Assembly: GCA_004431415.1 (NCBI GenBank)
Contig: QPMI01000439.1
Coordinates: 248,001-312,000 of the forward strand
DNA: 64,000 bases
DNA from: Cyanophora paradoxa CCMP329
Taxonomy: Eukaryota > Plantae > Glaucophyta
Direction of reading: 5' to 3'
The position numbers were made by a program, and so were the translations under genes. Positions 46,201-55,300 of the stretch are shown in pieces (the stretch's first letter is position 1; each line of letters begins with the position of its first letter). The notes beneath the pieces are model-generated. The model saw only the letters and a program-made list of their open reading frames with translations. It searched no databases and was not told the origin of the DNA.

Positions 46201-49200
46201 AATTCGCAGTTGACGCCCGTTTACCCACGCTTGACGCCGGAGGCCGAGCCGGACGGCGAGGACGGTGAGTAGCCGCCGTCTATAATCCAGTGACCGTCGG
46301 CACAGCGCACGAGAAAACCGTTATCGGGGTGCGGGGTGCACGTGCCGGTCGAATTCTTCTCGCTGGGCGTGTCGGGGAAGAGCGTACGCTCGAGATCCTC
46401 GGGCTCGGCCTTGCGGTTGCGCGGCACCAGCGTCTTGCCGGCGCCCACCTTGACAGGCGTACGCGCGGTCCCGGCGCCGACTCCGGCCGGGGGCGCGACG
46501 TAGACCGGCGGCTGCTGAACGGGGGCCGCGTAGTTGACGGAGGCGCCGGTGTTGGCTCCGAAGAAGTACGACTGACCGACGTCCGGGAACTGATCAAAGA
46601 TCTGTTCGCGAAGAAAAAACGTCGGTTGCGGCCACTTGACTGGCTCTTAGCCGATGACGGCCTAGTCGCGCACGATCTGTTTTAACGTCGGCGGCGAGCT
46701 CACCTTGCCCGCGAAGGTCGGGGCCAGTGGCACAGTCACCGGAACCGGACCGACAGCCGGGGTCGGATCGACAGGCGCGGCGCTAGTAACCGGGTAGGAC
46801 TCCGTGACCCGCTTGGTCTCCCGATCGAGCTCCTCGGTTTGCGGACGGAGCTTGTTCGACTCCGGGGAATGGACGTACTTGACCGAGGTCCGGCGCTCCT
46901 TCACCGTCTCCTCGGTGCGAGTACCGAGTCCAGCCGCAGTCGCGCCGACCGGAAGTGCCTATCCAATGGGAATAGTTCAGAGACAAGCCTTGATAAAATT
47001 ACGAATCCGTTAATTTGGCTGGTGTCGTAGGGGCGTGGGTTCGACGGCCGTTAACGCAGCCGTTCGAGCAGGCCCCGTGAAAAGGTGACTAGAACCCCTT
47101 CGGATCAAGGCTTCTGACTATCCCACGGATCTCTAGACGGGCAGTAGGGGGACTACGCACACGGACGGGCTCCGTGGTGGTCAGAGTAGCCTGGACCCCG
47201 TTGTAACCGGCCCCCTGCTGAACAACAGCAGCGGCGCCCTCGGGCAGAACCGGCGTAGTATTATTACAACCGTGAGAGTCCGACATTGTGAGCCTAAAAC
47301 GCGGGTTTTGATCAGCGGCCGGTTCACAAGAATCAGGGGAAAGCATGTCGTAGGAATCAGACTCAGAGCACCGTACGAAGGTGAAGAGAGTCAGGTGGGC
47401 GGGGCGTCGGCGCCTAGCTTGCTGCGATGCGGCAGCAACCAGGCGGGCTTCGCGGACTGCTCCTTTCTGCGAAATTACTGCGAGTTATCGAGTCGGCTTA
47501 TAATAAGGGACGGGTACCACCGTCTTCCGTTTCGATCCCTCCCGAGAATCGCCCGATTTCCGGAAATTCCGGAAATCGGAGGATCCTCGTCCAATAGTCG
47601 CCAGTCCTTCGACGGCCGAGTACTAGTGCCGACGGAAGCCGGCTCGCCAAGTTGGCTCGTAATGTTAATTGCCCCTAGCCGTCGTGAGCTAGTTAGATAA
47701 ATAGTTATCCATATGGCTTTTCTTGCGTGCCCATGCCACGCCGTAGTTCGTGCACGTCCGTTGTTCGGAGCTTGCCAAGTTGCTCCTGGCCTGATCGGTC
47801 CGAGCCCCTTAGGCTGGTTCGATTCGAGCCCTTAGGCTGGACTACCGTAGAGAATAGTAGTGCTGCAACGCCGGACCTTTCCGGGCTTCGAGCCTGGATT
47901 ACTACGTATACTCGAGTGCGGCTAGTTAACTGAATATTATATTCGGTCGAAAAAGCAAACCGGGTACGGCCACACGGCCTTAACAATGAGAGCGGGGGTT
48001 TCGGTTGCCAGAGTTGAGCGAACGAGCGGGTTGCAGTGCGCACCCTACAGAAGTATCGCTATTCCCCGCTGGAGGACACGATGTCGACGTGGAAAGCCAC
48101 GACTGTCGCTTTGCGAAACGGTGCAGGGGCGTCTCTCCGTCCACATTTTGCATCTGCGCCAGCTTTGCGGGTTCCGTGTCAAGCAAAGGGCCCCGGAAGC
48201 AAGCGCCTTGAGACGCATCGCACCTCGGGGCATCGGTGCAGAACTTTGAGAACAAAGGCAGCGCCGCCGTCGGTTCCAAATCCTGTGAGGTGCAGGCAAC
48301 AGTTTCCATTGAAGTCCTGCCGAGATATGGATCCGGAGTGAGTGTGAGAAGAATCTCGAAGCGGCTTATGATTAGAGGCGCAGGCTCCCGATCCGTGCCT
48401 GGGCCCTGGGGTCGGAGAAGGGCAGGAGGGCGGCTGCAGCCGCAAAGTTCCCCTTCCAGCACGCCAGCGCCAACGGCGTCCGTCCTGCGGGTTGGGCCTC
48501 AGATGCAGGTTTGTGAACGCAGACCGAAGAGTTCGAGAGCAAGAATGAGCAGACCCAAGGGGTCCGTAACGGAGAGTGCGAATTTGATGCTCTGCACAGC
48601 AGCCTGTGGCAGATGCATGTTCATGTGAGAGCCCAGCAAAGGTGGGGTGCGGGCAAGGTTCGGCGCACATCATGATCACTGTCGCTGTCCGCCGGCAACA
48701 GCGCATCTGGCGCTGCACTGACAGCCTCAAACAACTCATCCGGCCACATCGCATCCTGCGCTGCAGCGTGGACCATCTTGTAGCTCTCCCAGCGGAGTTC
48801 CTCGAAGGACTTGGCGGCATATTCTGGCATCAGTGTGATAGCCGTGTACTGCAGAAGCGCAGTCTTTTCTCCAGGTATACGTATAATTTGATCGCCGTCG
48901 ACGTACTGGAAGATCACCTCTTCTGCCTTAGTAACCTCGTAGTCCGGGAGGCCTTGAAGCTCGCCGGAAGGGCGCAAGTTCGCCCCAGGGTCTGGAGTGA
49001 TCGAAAATGGATGAGAAGGGTCCTGCATGCTGGCGGCAATGGTCGTAGGGTCCAAGCAGATGTGAAGTATGTCTCTTATCGAAACTGCCGCAACCAATGC
49101 CGCAGCCTGTGGAAGGCACCAGTGAGGTCGTGCACGAAACTTGGCGAGCCGCGCAGCAATGAGTGTGACGGCAAGCCGAGCGGCACGCACGTAGTGGAAG

Positions 49201-52200
49201 AGTGTGTACCCGTGCTCGTCTGTGGTGCCGTCCACCTTTGCGCCCCGAGCGCAGAGACCGGCCATCACCGCCATCACCTCATTCTTGCCTACTGTTCTCA
49301 GCGCGATGTCGACGCCGCGGCCCGCCATGAAGTTCGGGTGGGGAGGATTGAGACCGAGGAGGTCCACGAAAGGCCGGGGGCTCCGGATCGTGGGTGCCCA
49401 GCGGGCCGGGTCGGCGCCGCGCTCGAGGAGAAGCTTGGCGATCTGGAGAAAGCCAGTTTCGCACGCCACCAGCAGCGCAGTCCTGCGGTGGATATTATTG
49501 CTTAGCAGTGAATGTACATGAGTGCCGCAGTGCCATCAGATCTAGAACAGATCTGAAGCACACGGAACGGATCTTTCGGTTGTGATTGTGTCACAGTGGG
49601 TCTTTTAATTATAATGTCCTCCGTCCCCGTGGCCAGGGAAAGCCACCAATACTCCACGTATAATAATAATTTCTACATATCTTTTAATTCTATAATAAAT
49701 TCTACATAAATGCCTGCTCACCTTCCTTTCGTGTCGGCTGTATCGTAATCAAAGTCCGCATCCTCAGCATTCAGCAGAAGCAGAGCCGCCTGCTCATCAC
49801 CGCGCGCGATGGCCGCGAGGAGCGGGGTCTGCCCCTCCGCGTCCTGAGCGGCAAGGACCGCAGACTGAGAGTTCGCCTGCGCATGTTCTGCGGTGCCACA
49901 TGCATATGTGCAGTGCTGTCAGTGTTGGCCACGCGTGCGGGAGCAGTGCAAGTGCTCTGGGCGTGGAGTCGACGCACCCAAGAGCTCGCGAAGGACATCG
50001 CACCCCTTGTCCCAGTCGCTGTGAACGAGGTGGAAGGCGGTGCGGCCGTCTCGGTCCGCCGCAAGCAGGTCGATCGGTCTTGTAGAGCTCGACGCCTCCA
50101 GCAGTGCTCGAATCGCCGAACCCGCCTTGTGGCTTGCAGCCCGCACCAGTGGAGTCCGCCCCTCGGCATCTGCGGGCCCGCTACCTAAGCCTGGAAGCAG
50201 AGGGCTATCTTATGCTTAGTTCAGAGAACGCACCCTTGGCGCTGGCGGCATCGGGCCGGGCTGCAAAAAGAGTCCGCAGGGCGAACGAACTGTTGTTTTG
50301 GGCGAAGGTGTATGCGAGCGTGTCCCCCGCCTCGTTCTGCCGGCAGATTAATATTCAAGAACGGCTCATTAAAAGCATGGCAGCCGCCGCAGAGACGCAC
50401 GACAGCAGTGCAAGCGGGATCGCGATCGCATCCGAGCGCCAGGAGCAGCCGGAAGGCCAGCACAATTCCCCGGCTGGGCTGTTCGCGGTCGCCCATCCGC
50501 GTTAAAATACCCTGTACGTAGTAGAGGAGGATCCGGTTGACATATAAATTTGGAGGGGAGGCTATATATATCAAAGACAGCAGGAAATGTGTGCCTGAAG
50601 CGGGGTCCGGCCCGTGTCGTATGAACGAGCCTCGACCAGGCTAGACAGGCCCCAGCGCCGCATTACCGAAGCCCATTTCTCCACGAACGATGCGCAGTCC
50701 TCTTCTTCGAGAGTCTTGTAGCCGTCGAGTTGCATCGCAGCCTCCACACTGGATTTTAAAATGAAGTGCAGCGCCGTTCTTCCCGCTAAAAGGATGGACC
50801 TGGAGCCAGCATGCGTGACACGCATTGGGTGCGGCGCATCCCACGGCCGCGGCAGGCGTCGCCACGGGCCGGGGAGCACGCGGCACAGGGGTGACGCCCC
50901 GCGCTCGACGAGCTTCGAGGCCACATCCAGCCGGCCAGCCTTGATCGCTTCTGCGTATATATGTGCACGGCCGGTTCAATATATTAACCAGCCGCGAACA
51001 GCTCACGCAGAAACAAGTGTGCGGACTTAGGAAGAAGGTCAAGCCGTCCTCGTCGGAGCCGTCAAGCCCCGCACAAGAAACCTTTGAAATTCCGTCCGCC
51101 TTATGCAGAGCATCCTTCACGAGAGGAGTTAACGTTGAACAGCATGAGCAGCATTGACTTATATATCAATAACAGGTACTCGTGGCGTACAATGACCTCT
51201 CCGAGAATAACCATCTGTCGCTCCCGCGGAGTCTGCGGATCTAGGACTCCAGCGAACTGCGATTGCAACGGCGTTCAAAGCTGCAACTGCAAGCAAACGC
51301 ACAGCCAATAATTTATAAAGTTAATCTTGTCATGATCATGCTAACCTTCTGGTAGACGTCTTGGACGTGGACGTCGAGCCCGGGGCACCGGAGGCGCGAG
51401 AGGATTTCCAGGGCCCGGGAGGAGTGGGAGGCGTCGCGGCGCAGGCCTTTGATGCGGACTTCGACCTGCGCATGCGCCAGTCTCACGCGCGCGCTGCAGG
51501 TGCAGGCCTCTGGGCCAGCCGGGGTGCGAACGGCGGACCAGAAAGAGGTGCTGCAGGCTTGGAGCGCAGCTGACGAGGAGGTCTTTCAGAGCCGCCTCCG
51601 ACACGCGGGCGTCCGCCAGGTCCAGCGAACGAAGCTTCGGCAGCCTGGCGCTTGTCATCAGAGATGTGCGGAGCAGCAGATCTAGAGCAGCACAATATTT
51701 AATGCGGGCTCTCATGCATATGATCACCTGTGTTTGACGAGGATATCGATTGCGGAAGCAGGCCTGGGAATCGTTGTCGAGCTGCGCCGCGGCGCCACGC
51801 ACGGGGCCAACAAGTCAGGTCAGGATAAGCAAGAGGCACTAGTACTTGGCTAACGGGAGATAGAGAGTTTGAAGTGTGCCAGAGCTGGACGCGAGCAGCG
51901 AGTCGAGTGCGTGGGCGCTCAGGCCGACGCCGGCCGCGTTGAAGTGTTCGAGCTGCGGAAGCGCCGGCAGCGATTTGAAGGCGTAGCGGGAGCCATTCTC
52001 GCGGCAGAGGAAAGCGAGAGAGAGGTGCGTCAGGTTGGGCCCAGCCGCCGCGATACACTGCGCCGGCTCGGATCAGGGCACGTGTACGCAGACCAGCGGC
52101 GACCTGGCAACCGCGGCCGGCCGCGGACCACTAGTAGATAGGGGGGGGAAGTGACATTATTCTGACAGTACTCTGACATTATTTATAATGTCAGACCCGA

Positions 52201-55200
52201 TATTATTCTGACATTATTTTTGTCCGACTTGATATTATTCTGACATTATCCCAAAATGTCAGAATACTGTCAGAGTGATATCAGATATAATGTCATGTTG
52301 ATGTCACAATAACATCAATCTAACAACATACTACTGTCTAAATAGTACTGCGCCCGCCGCCCGCGCCCGCGCCCGTCGTCCGCCCGCGCCTCTCTTCCGA
52401 TCCACCTCCTGCAAAAGAGGAGAACATCAGCCAGCCAGCCAGCCAGCCAGGCGTTAAGGCCAGAGCGGAGAGGGGGCGCTAAGGTCGGGGCGGGGAGGGG
52501 GACGCTAAGGCTGGAGCGCCGGGGCTGGGGCGGGGCGGGGGACGCTAAGGCTGGAGCGCCGGAATTCTAAGGCTGGGGCAGGGCGTACCTTCATCGAGCA
52601 TCACGCCTTCCGGCAGGCAATCTGGGGCCGCGAATCAGCAAGGGCGAGCCGGCCTCGGCGGGGATCGGGCGGCGGCGAGCGTCCGGCCGGGAGCAGCGCG
52701 TACCTTCATCGAGGATCGCGCGGCGAAGTCGCGCGGGGCTGCACGCCCCGAGGCAGGCAAAGATCTGGGGCCGCGAGTCAGCAAGGGCGAGCGGGCCTCG
52801 GCGGGGATCGGGCGGCGGCGAGCGTCCGGCCGGGAGGAGCACGTACCTTCATCGAGGATCGAGGGGAGCGGCCGCGCCGTGCTGCAGCCTGCAGCTGCAG
52901 GAAGCGAGAAGCGCGGGTCGTGCAGTCGCGGCCGCGGGTCACCACGGAAGCGAGAGCGCAGGCCGGTCAAGCACTCCTGCGTGAGAAGATTAGCAAGAAT
53001 AGCCCACAGAGCGACCGCAGCGCGTCCGAGAGCACGAGTTCGCGGATCGGACCTGGCGGGCTGCGGACAATGCCGTTCGGGGCTCCGGGCGGAAGCTGCC
53101 CGCTTCCTAGAGCTTCCTGATCAGCAACGAGTGTGCCAAGAGGCCGGCAGCTCGCGGGAGACGGGCCGCGGACCTGATTCGACGAAGTCCGCCCGCGGCC
53201 CGCTCGCGCTGCCGACCTGCACGCGTACGAGGTGCACGCAACGCTAGAGAGGCCGTTGCTGCACGCTCCGCTCGCCTGCAACCGCCGCAAGGCGCAGGAG
53301 TAGGCAGCGAGGGCTCCGATATTTGCGGCTTGTGTACCCCAGTCAAAACCGGTACCCAAGCTCGAAGACCTCGCTCTTAGCTGGAGGCATGCAAGACAAG
53401 CGGCGAGCGCAGATATGCGCTGGAGACACTAGCTATGAAGAGTGGAGAGCGCCGCGGTCAGGAGAGACACTAGCTATGACGTCGCCCAGATTTGTGCGGC
53501 ATCACAGCAGACCGTTCGCGCTTAGCAGCGCACGGAGAGCCACATGAGATGCTTGGTGCGCTGGATCGGTCCCCGCGAGCTCCCGTTGCCGCTCTCCGCT
53601 TCCCGCGTTCGGGAGAAGTCGCTAACCCTGCCAAGTTGAAGCGCAGCTCCCCGCTCTACATCACACGAGTCTTGCGCCGATGTAAGAATGCCATTCGCAT
53701 GCTTTCAGCCCGACCCGACGCGATTCCGTGCAGGCCTGCCGGCGTCGTGCGGATTCCTTGCAGCTTCGAGAGCGGCTGGAGGCAGCGCGCAGTCAGAACG
53801 CTTTACAACCGCTTTCCGATCGATCTCGTTGCAGGCGAGCCGCGGCCGCGGCCGCGCCGCGCCCGAGCGCCGAACCCCGCCGCAGTTTCATGACCGCGCG
53901 GCCGCACCCGTGCGCCCCCGCCCCAATCGCTGCGCCTTGCAGTGATCCTCGCCTCAGATGCTCGCGAAACAGCCGTGTGGGAGCGGCTCCTCCGCCGCTC
54001 CTTCCCGTCTTCTTACGCGATCTCCACCGCGCCCTGGCCCACTGCCGAGGTAGCCGACTTAGCTCGCCGAGGTAGCCGACTTTCGGCCCACTCTCTTTCC
54101 CTCACACTAGTCTGTATCTAACCTCAAGTTCTGCGTGTCCAGATTTCGGAGGCGATCTGTCCAAGCGAAACTGCAGCGAAGCTCCGCGCTTTTCTGGTGC
54201 GCGCTCGCCAGCCCACGGCGCCGCTCTCAACCTTTATACATGATATTAAATGTCTCTTTAATGCGCGCTGCAACGTACCTCGGATCGCCCCCATCCGAAC
54301 ACCCCTCACCTGCTCTTAATCTGAAATTATTCTGACATTATCTCCTAGGGCGGCCACCGGAGGCGCACCGGGCCGCTTCCTGTGCGCGGCTTCCCGTGCG
54401 CGCCCTGACACGGCCCATCCATACGGCGGGCGCGGCGGCCGGCGTCCGGGGAGCGCCGGCCCGAAATCTCCTTGCGGGGCCGCCTGGGCGGCCGCGCGCG
54501 TATAGTACGGATGTTTAGTATGAAGAGGCTATATATTGTCAAAGTAAAGTCAAGATAATATCGGGCATGTTGACATTATTCTGACATTAAACCGGCGCAA
54601 GCGGACACTCATCATCGAAAGAGCACCGCCCAACGCTAAATGTTGGGCCGGGGACGCCCGCCGGCCCAGTTGCCGAGCTGATTCTAGCATTTGGAGTTCA
54701 AGTCTCGCGCTGTCTAGTAATGTCAGAATGATGTCAGAATAATGTCATTCATTCTGACATTTTAAATAATGTCAGAGTAATGTCAGAATAATGTCACTTC
54801 CCCCCCCTATCTACTAGTGGACCCGAGAGATATCGGACTGGGCGAGTTGGTGCAGGCCGCTGAAGCAGAGCCGCCGGATGTGCACGCCCATCCTCTCGCA
54901 AGCCGCCACGATAAACCGCGCGCTGTCCCCGCGCTGGTACGGTGCGGAGCATGCGCATGTCACAGTGAGCGCATGCATATGTGGTGAGTACGTTTATACG
55001 TACTATTCGCAAGCGCTCAGCGGCTGCTCCGCATCACGATCGGGCGCTAGCGCGAGCGGCGCCGCGGCGCACCGAGAAAGCGGGCTCCTCATAGAGCAAT
55101 CTGTCCCAGCAGGCCGCCCGGAAGAAGCGGGACGAGTGCCCTAAGCCCAGCGCCAGCGCCTGATGCCCGACAGAGCTTGCCACGCAACGAAGGATCTTCA

Positions 55201-55300
55201 CGAGTACGTTGTCTGGCAAGGAGAATCATCGGAGATCTAGATGCATATGCATATGGACGCGTACGACATCGGCGATCAGCGCCAGCGCTGTGCTCCGTCT
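34300..55300 (-). CDS. large multi-exon F-box/LRR/ankyrin-repeat protein with two GLEBS-like motifs, paralogue of 746-3948; interrupted by two intronic transposons
   Basis: F-box-like LPDNVLVKILRCVA (~55180-55220). LRR segments GPNLTHLSLAF (shares PNLTHLSLA with the first gene) and LPKLRSLDLAD. Ankyrin motifs GRTALHFIL, GRTAFHLV, LLVACETGFLQIAKLLLERGADP, GETPLHRF, GSTPLHIAC, EVARALLAAGA. Both ends are approximate. Confidence 0.6.
34650..36640 (-). repeat. internal tandem duplication of an ankyrin module (copy B); copy A = 36900-37555 + 47990-49490
   Basis: 34790-35290 is nearly identical to 37045-37551; 35290-35890 is similar to 47990-48575; the peptides GADPARWA and DEHGxTxFHY occur in both copies. 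Confidence 0.85.
37556..38463 (-). repeat. 3' LTR
   Basis: Direct repeat of 47078-47985 (offset 9522); no differences noticed by eye, and the ORF-track translations are identical. Confidence 0.96.
38520..44534 (-). CDS. pol: Pol polyprotein (aspartic protease, reverse transcriptase, RNase H, integrase), in the +1 frame relative to gag
   Basis: ALIDSGA (protease); WRFCVDYR, LPFGL, CYLDD (RT); FIVQTDAC (RNase H); H..GHGG..CEHC, WQMD, ECDQGSAF, GVLERGH (integrase); GPY C-terminal motif. The frame is open from 44534, with no ATG near its start. Confidence 0.95.
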   Translation of the reverse strand, partial: TFVARAGGPQRKTANKVSRERAQPSRSVVQSPVNTRDFADRNPYAVLTVEDVSSTPSKCETEQQNKRKYETDDEYPLQAEEHALDLEDAGSVGMTEGILGPQDSVGVTEGTYALRKTGPGSAPVQDAGARPRPRPARSKAKAAYLKEHRSKGAQGQSSQERMAGSSHARLASPGDAQVGSIELAVRSGRTSDMGMKEGTSSLGAAQSPDSATVPDHGEPTPRGADQQKAASEGGLSPVAPKRVERKLFIPTNRKLVERDLQRAGKRLCVKETSSPAPAANTAEMSINFADLYTIPTDQNEVDALVAELLTEAEVLAPTSTRRRGVHAYVKIKVNSNSAIDALIDSGAAYSIVAEAVIKHFGLEKHIDRSFTCSFATADGSPVKCVGLIYLDITLGSMVHARQPFFVWKRLPTNVILGADFVKANRWLIDLADGLLIHKDKMDEQVKMMNDEKAPAMTLPEDVRIPPASEKNIQLVLRDALTQPKDGTCGLMERSGAFAVQHDLMPADTVTKWDGGTCTVRVLNPSVKGVVLRKGTAVGYWTEASQLNISTIFENGAVNSKEPAMRAAVAAVAEAARGQLEPTTCWCGQAHCKECQAKAADKDWQELKTRLDVGFDELPRCLRDSVYDVLYAKRHMFTLSYKVEPGKTMPAEFAHVIDTGDHRPIRVPLRQMDPIRRAEIRKIIQEQLDAGVIVPSKSPWAFPVVLAKKKDGTWRFCVDYRQLNTITKQDAYPLPRIDDIFNNLQGAVIFSTLDMVSGYWQLPLSEESKEKTAFRTSEGQFEFTQLPFGLSGAPRSFQNAMNIILSGLAWTHALCYLDDLVVYSRSIETHARDLNKVLSRLDEANVRLKPTKCKFAKAEVELLGHVVDASGVRVDPKKVQILHDWPQPKTVRQLRGFLGFASYYRKFIEGFSVLAAPLTSLLRARIPWMWKEAQQEAFEKLKKRLTSAPVLQYPDFGRPFIVQTDACVDGFSAILKQKDGQGREYIVGCASRTTTDSERNYWPTDLEGAAAVWAITEQFRPYLELGPFTLRTDHEALLAIFKPNYPLSGMAANRATKWAVKLQRFMPFTIEHVKGKINGDADVISRLYDYYGKVRPRRDVTTSEVSTQTDSDSSPSLGVNAVSASKNEENELEDNVGTESPATLAASLTNLLAPAQAGSGPPSLFELAKLNLTATLASQGDRLAITEFLKRREVAHRLKNKPVVQPPRIVHFTLAPADNPRAEQLMGTRSWKQHIDKLPLSQAAVLSLHIMPGQDRRGRQGPCLGFRKTLQKVKDASNIAGAAIPGWMVRIVRAAVDICPLCRSRRQRKRRVQQRGELPAVATTQQSSATADPRVRDAQRDDPTWRALIDFMEGGEAAQKLTVKEREALAVQSQDYKLGPGGLLLHLSYPHGETRERIVIPVSLRKEIIKEAHSGFGSGHGGYHATNNRLQRNFYWPRMRDSVRKYVSLCEHCRTQKFDRPTSKEPTPRYSSRPMQRWQMDEVNFAGKGGKALITFEDTFSKWMCASAHESVNAQTIIQAILAVIYEHGLMIELECDQGSAFTSKEVREFLTSMGIKLVIMPAYTPQAKGVLERGHQTLEAKIRSLASDRKTHWTRVVGEALLAMRTTVSQATGFTPFRLMRGYDPYLPIDLHYASLPTLAEGAPRLTAVEAQTAAFGPAKTTVAADAVDEDAVWIRDSACTNGWRLVANKHSSAGRMRTHMRCRWRSDATAAAAAMIYIAGISKQLTFTSPGPALLKPSTRRPPKLRGAQATAAGGVEHAEVDMGADNEGDMHTYTRQMHRHALLAEQHMHIADSTSSSGNATAAAEAAAGTNNDTNAGLGLGGPGDGMRSAVSARSSTTSGTTSSAAHGPEINIEPRSTGSDLPTSAMYRSIVQLPASNEVLTAWLKIHKNQQIADWQMAFLNLFKQSLRIKHGWIDKGRRRNFKVGDPVDLYLPPERTKKPGQAAASGYSGPYIVEEAVSGSRVKIRSVPDDPRIFHRPGQLIEVHVSRLRPFPIENLLSLP
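44500..45945 (-). CDS. gag: Gag with two CCHC zinc knuckles
   Basis: First ATG at 45945 (MAVQAA); knuckles CNYCGKSGHIIAEC and CDFCGRFNHTADKC; TAA at 44500-44502. Confidence 0.92.
   Translation of the reverse strand: MAVQAANAAVAATEAVAKAIKQFKVDSDRKDLPLPELRGNKILRFLEEYDLFSASIEGDTPAEVSKARANALMKCLRRSNQLTATSLVRCIEREAALDRNDYEALRTYIINKYTEAQNPEAVLRQHIQEAASSLCEIDRPGSLEAGMYVKDCISYRRLLNMENVWTDSTLINAMAMALSENKRLHKLAHKAYRKLTAANSNVATWEKLFVEYVTDDAAYAIQAAAAKVAAVQEPMGLAPPPPPAATPAALKEVISEALRERDVGLTRELATLRANIVEVRDHVGQRPETAGGYSEPAPQGYQRQQQGYPQQGQGYQRPRSDQRQQRPERKRPPNAGFDADGRIICNYCGKSGHIIAECRTRKMEEGTAAARGMRQQPPQQQQSFGSGFKRQRQDENFSQGGGKKPFKGKGGYQGRPFQSQGAASNVQCDFCGRFNHTADKCFFKKKQDEEQQKERQTAAIAALQQQLQELNFRSQGGRPSA
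47078..47985 (-). repeat. 5' LTR
   Basis: Direct repeat of 37556-38463, upstream of gag on the - strand; TATA-like TTATTATAA near 47498-47506. Confidence 0.96.
52129..54819. mobile_element. non-autonomous CACTA (En/Spm) DNA transposon, 2691 bp
   Basis: Ends CACTAGTAG...CTACTAGTG. ~67-bp TIRs (52129-52195 / 54753-54819) with ~2 mismatches. 3-bp TSD GAC (52126-52128, 54820-54822). Many subterminal TGACATTATTCTGACA-type motifs in both orientations. No transposase recognised. Confidence 0.93.
52583..52860. repeat. imperfect tandem repeat (~115-143 bp units) inside the CACTA element
   Basis: Three starts gtaccttcatcgag, and two copies of tcagcaagggcgagc.ggcctcggcggggatcgggcggcggcgagcgtccggccgggag. 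Confidence 0.8.

Larger units (their letters stand above)
37556..47985 (-). mobile_element. intact Ty3/Gypsy LTR retrotransposon (~10.4 kb), very recent insertion
   Basis: Two 908-bp LTRs with TG...CA ends. 4-bp TSD ATGA (37552-37555 and 47986-47989), supported by the empty-site paralogue at ~35275-35300. Encodes gag and pol with domain order PR-RT-RNaseH-IN. Confidence 0.97.

Noticed and set aside
46640-46670. TAG/TAA in a coding-like frame suggesting a UAR=Gln genetic code
   Set aside because: The 1959-codon pol ORF has no internal TAA/TAG and both gag and pol end in TAA, consistent with the standard code.
47025-47050. GGTTCGA B-box as part of a tRNA gene
   Set aside because: No cloverleaf, complete T-stem or acceptor stem; only a short tRNA-like match.
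52140-52320. Repeated TGACATTATTCTGACA motifs as a CRISPR-like array
   Set aside because: Irregular spacing, both orientations, and mirrored at the other element end: these are CACTA subterminal repeats.
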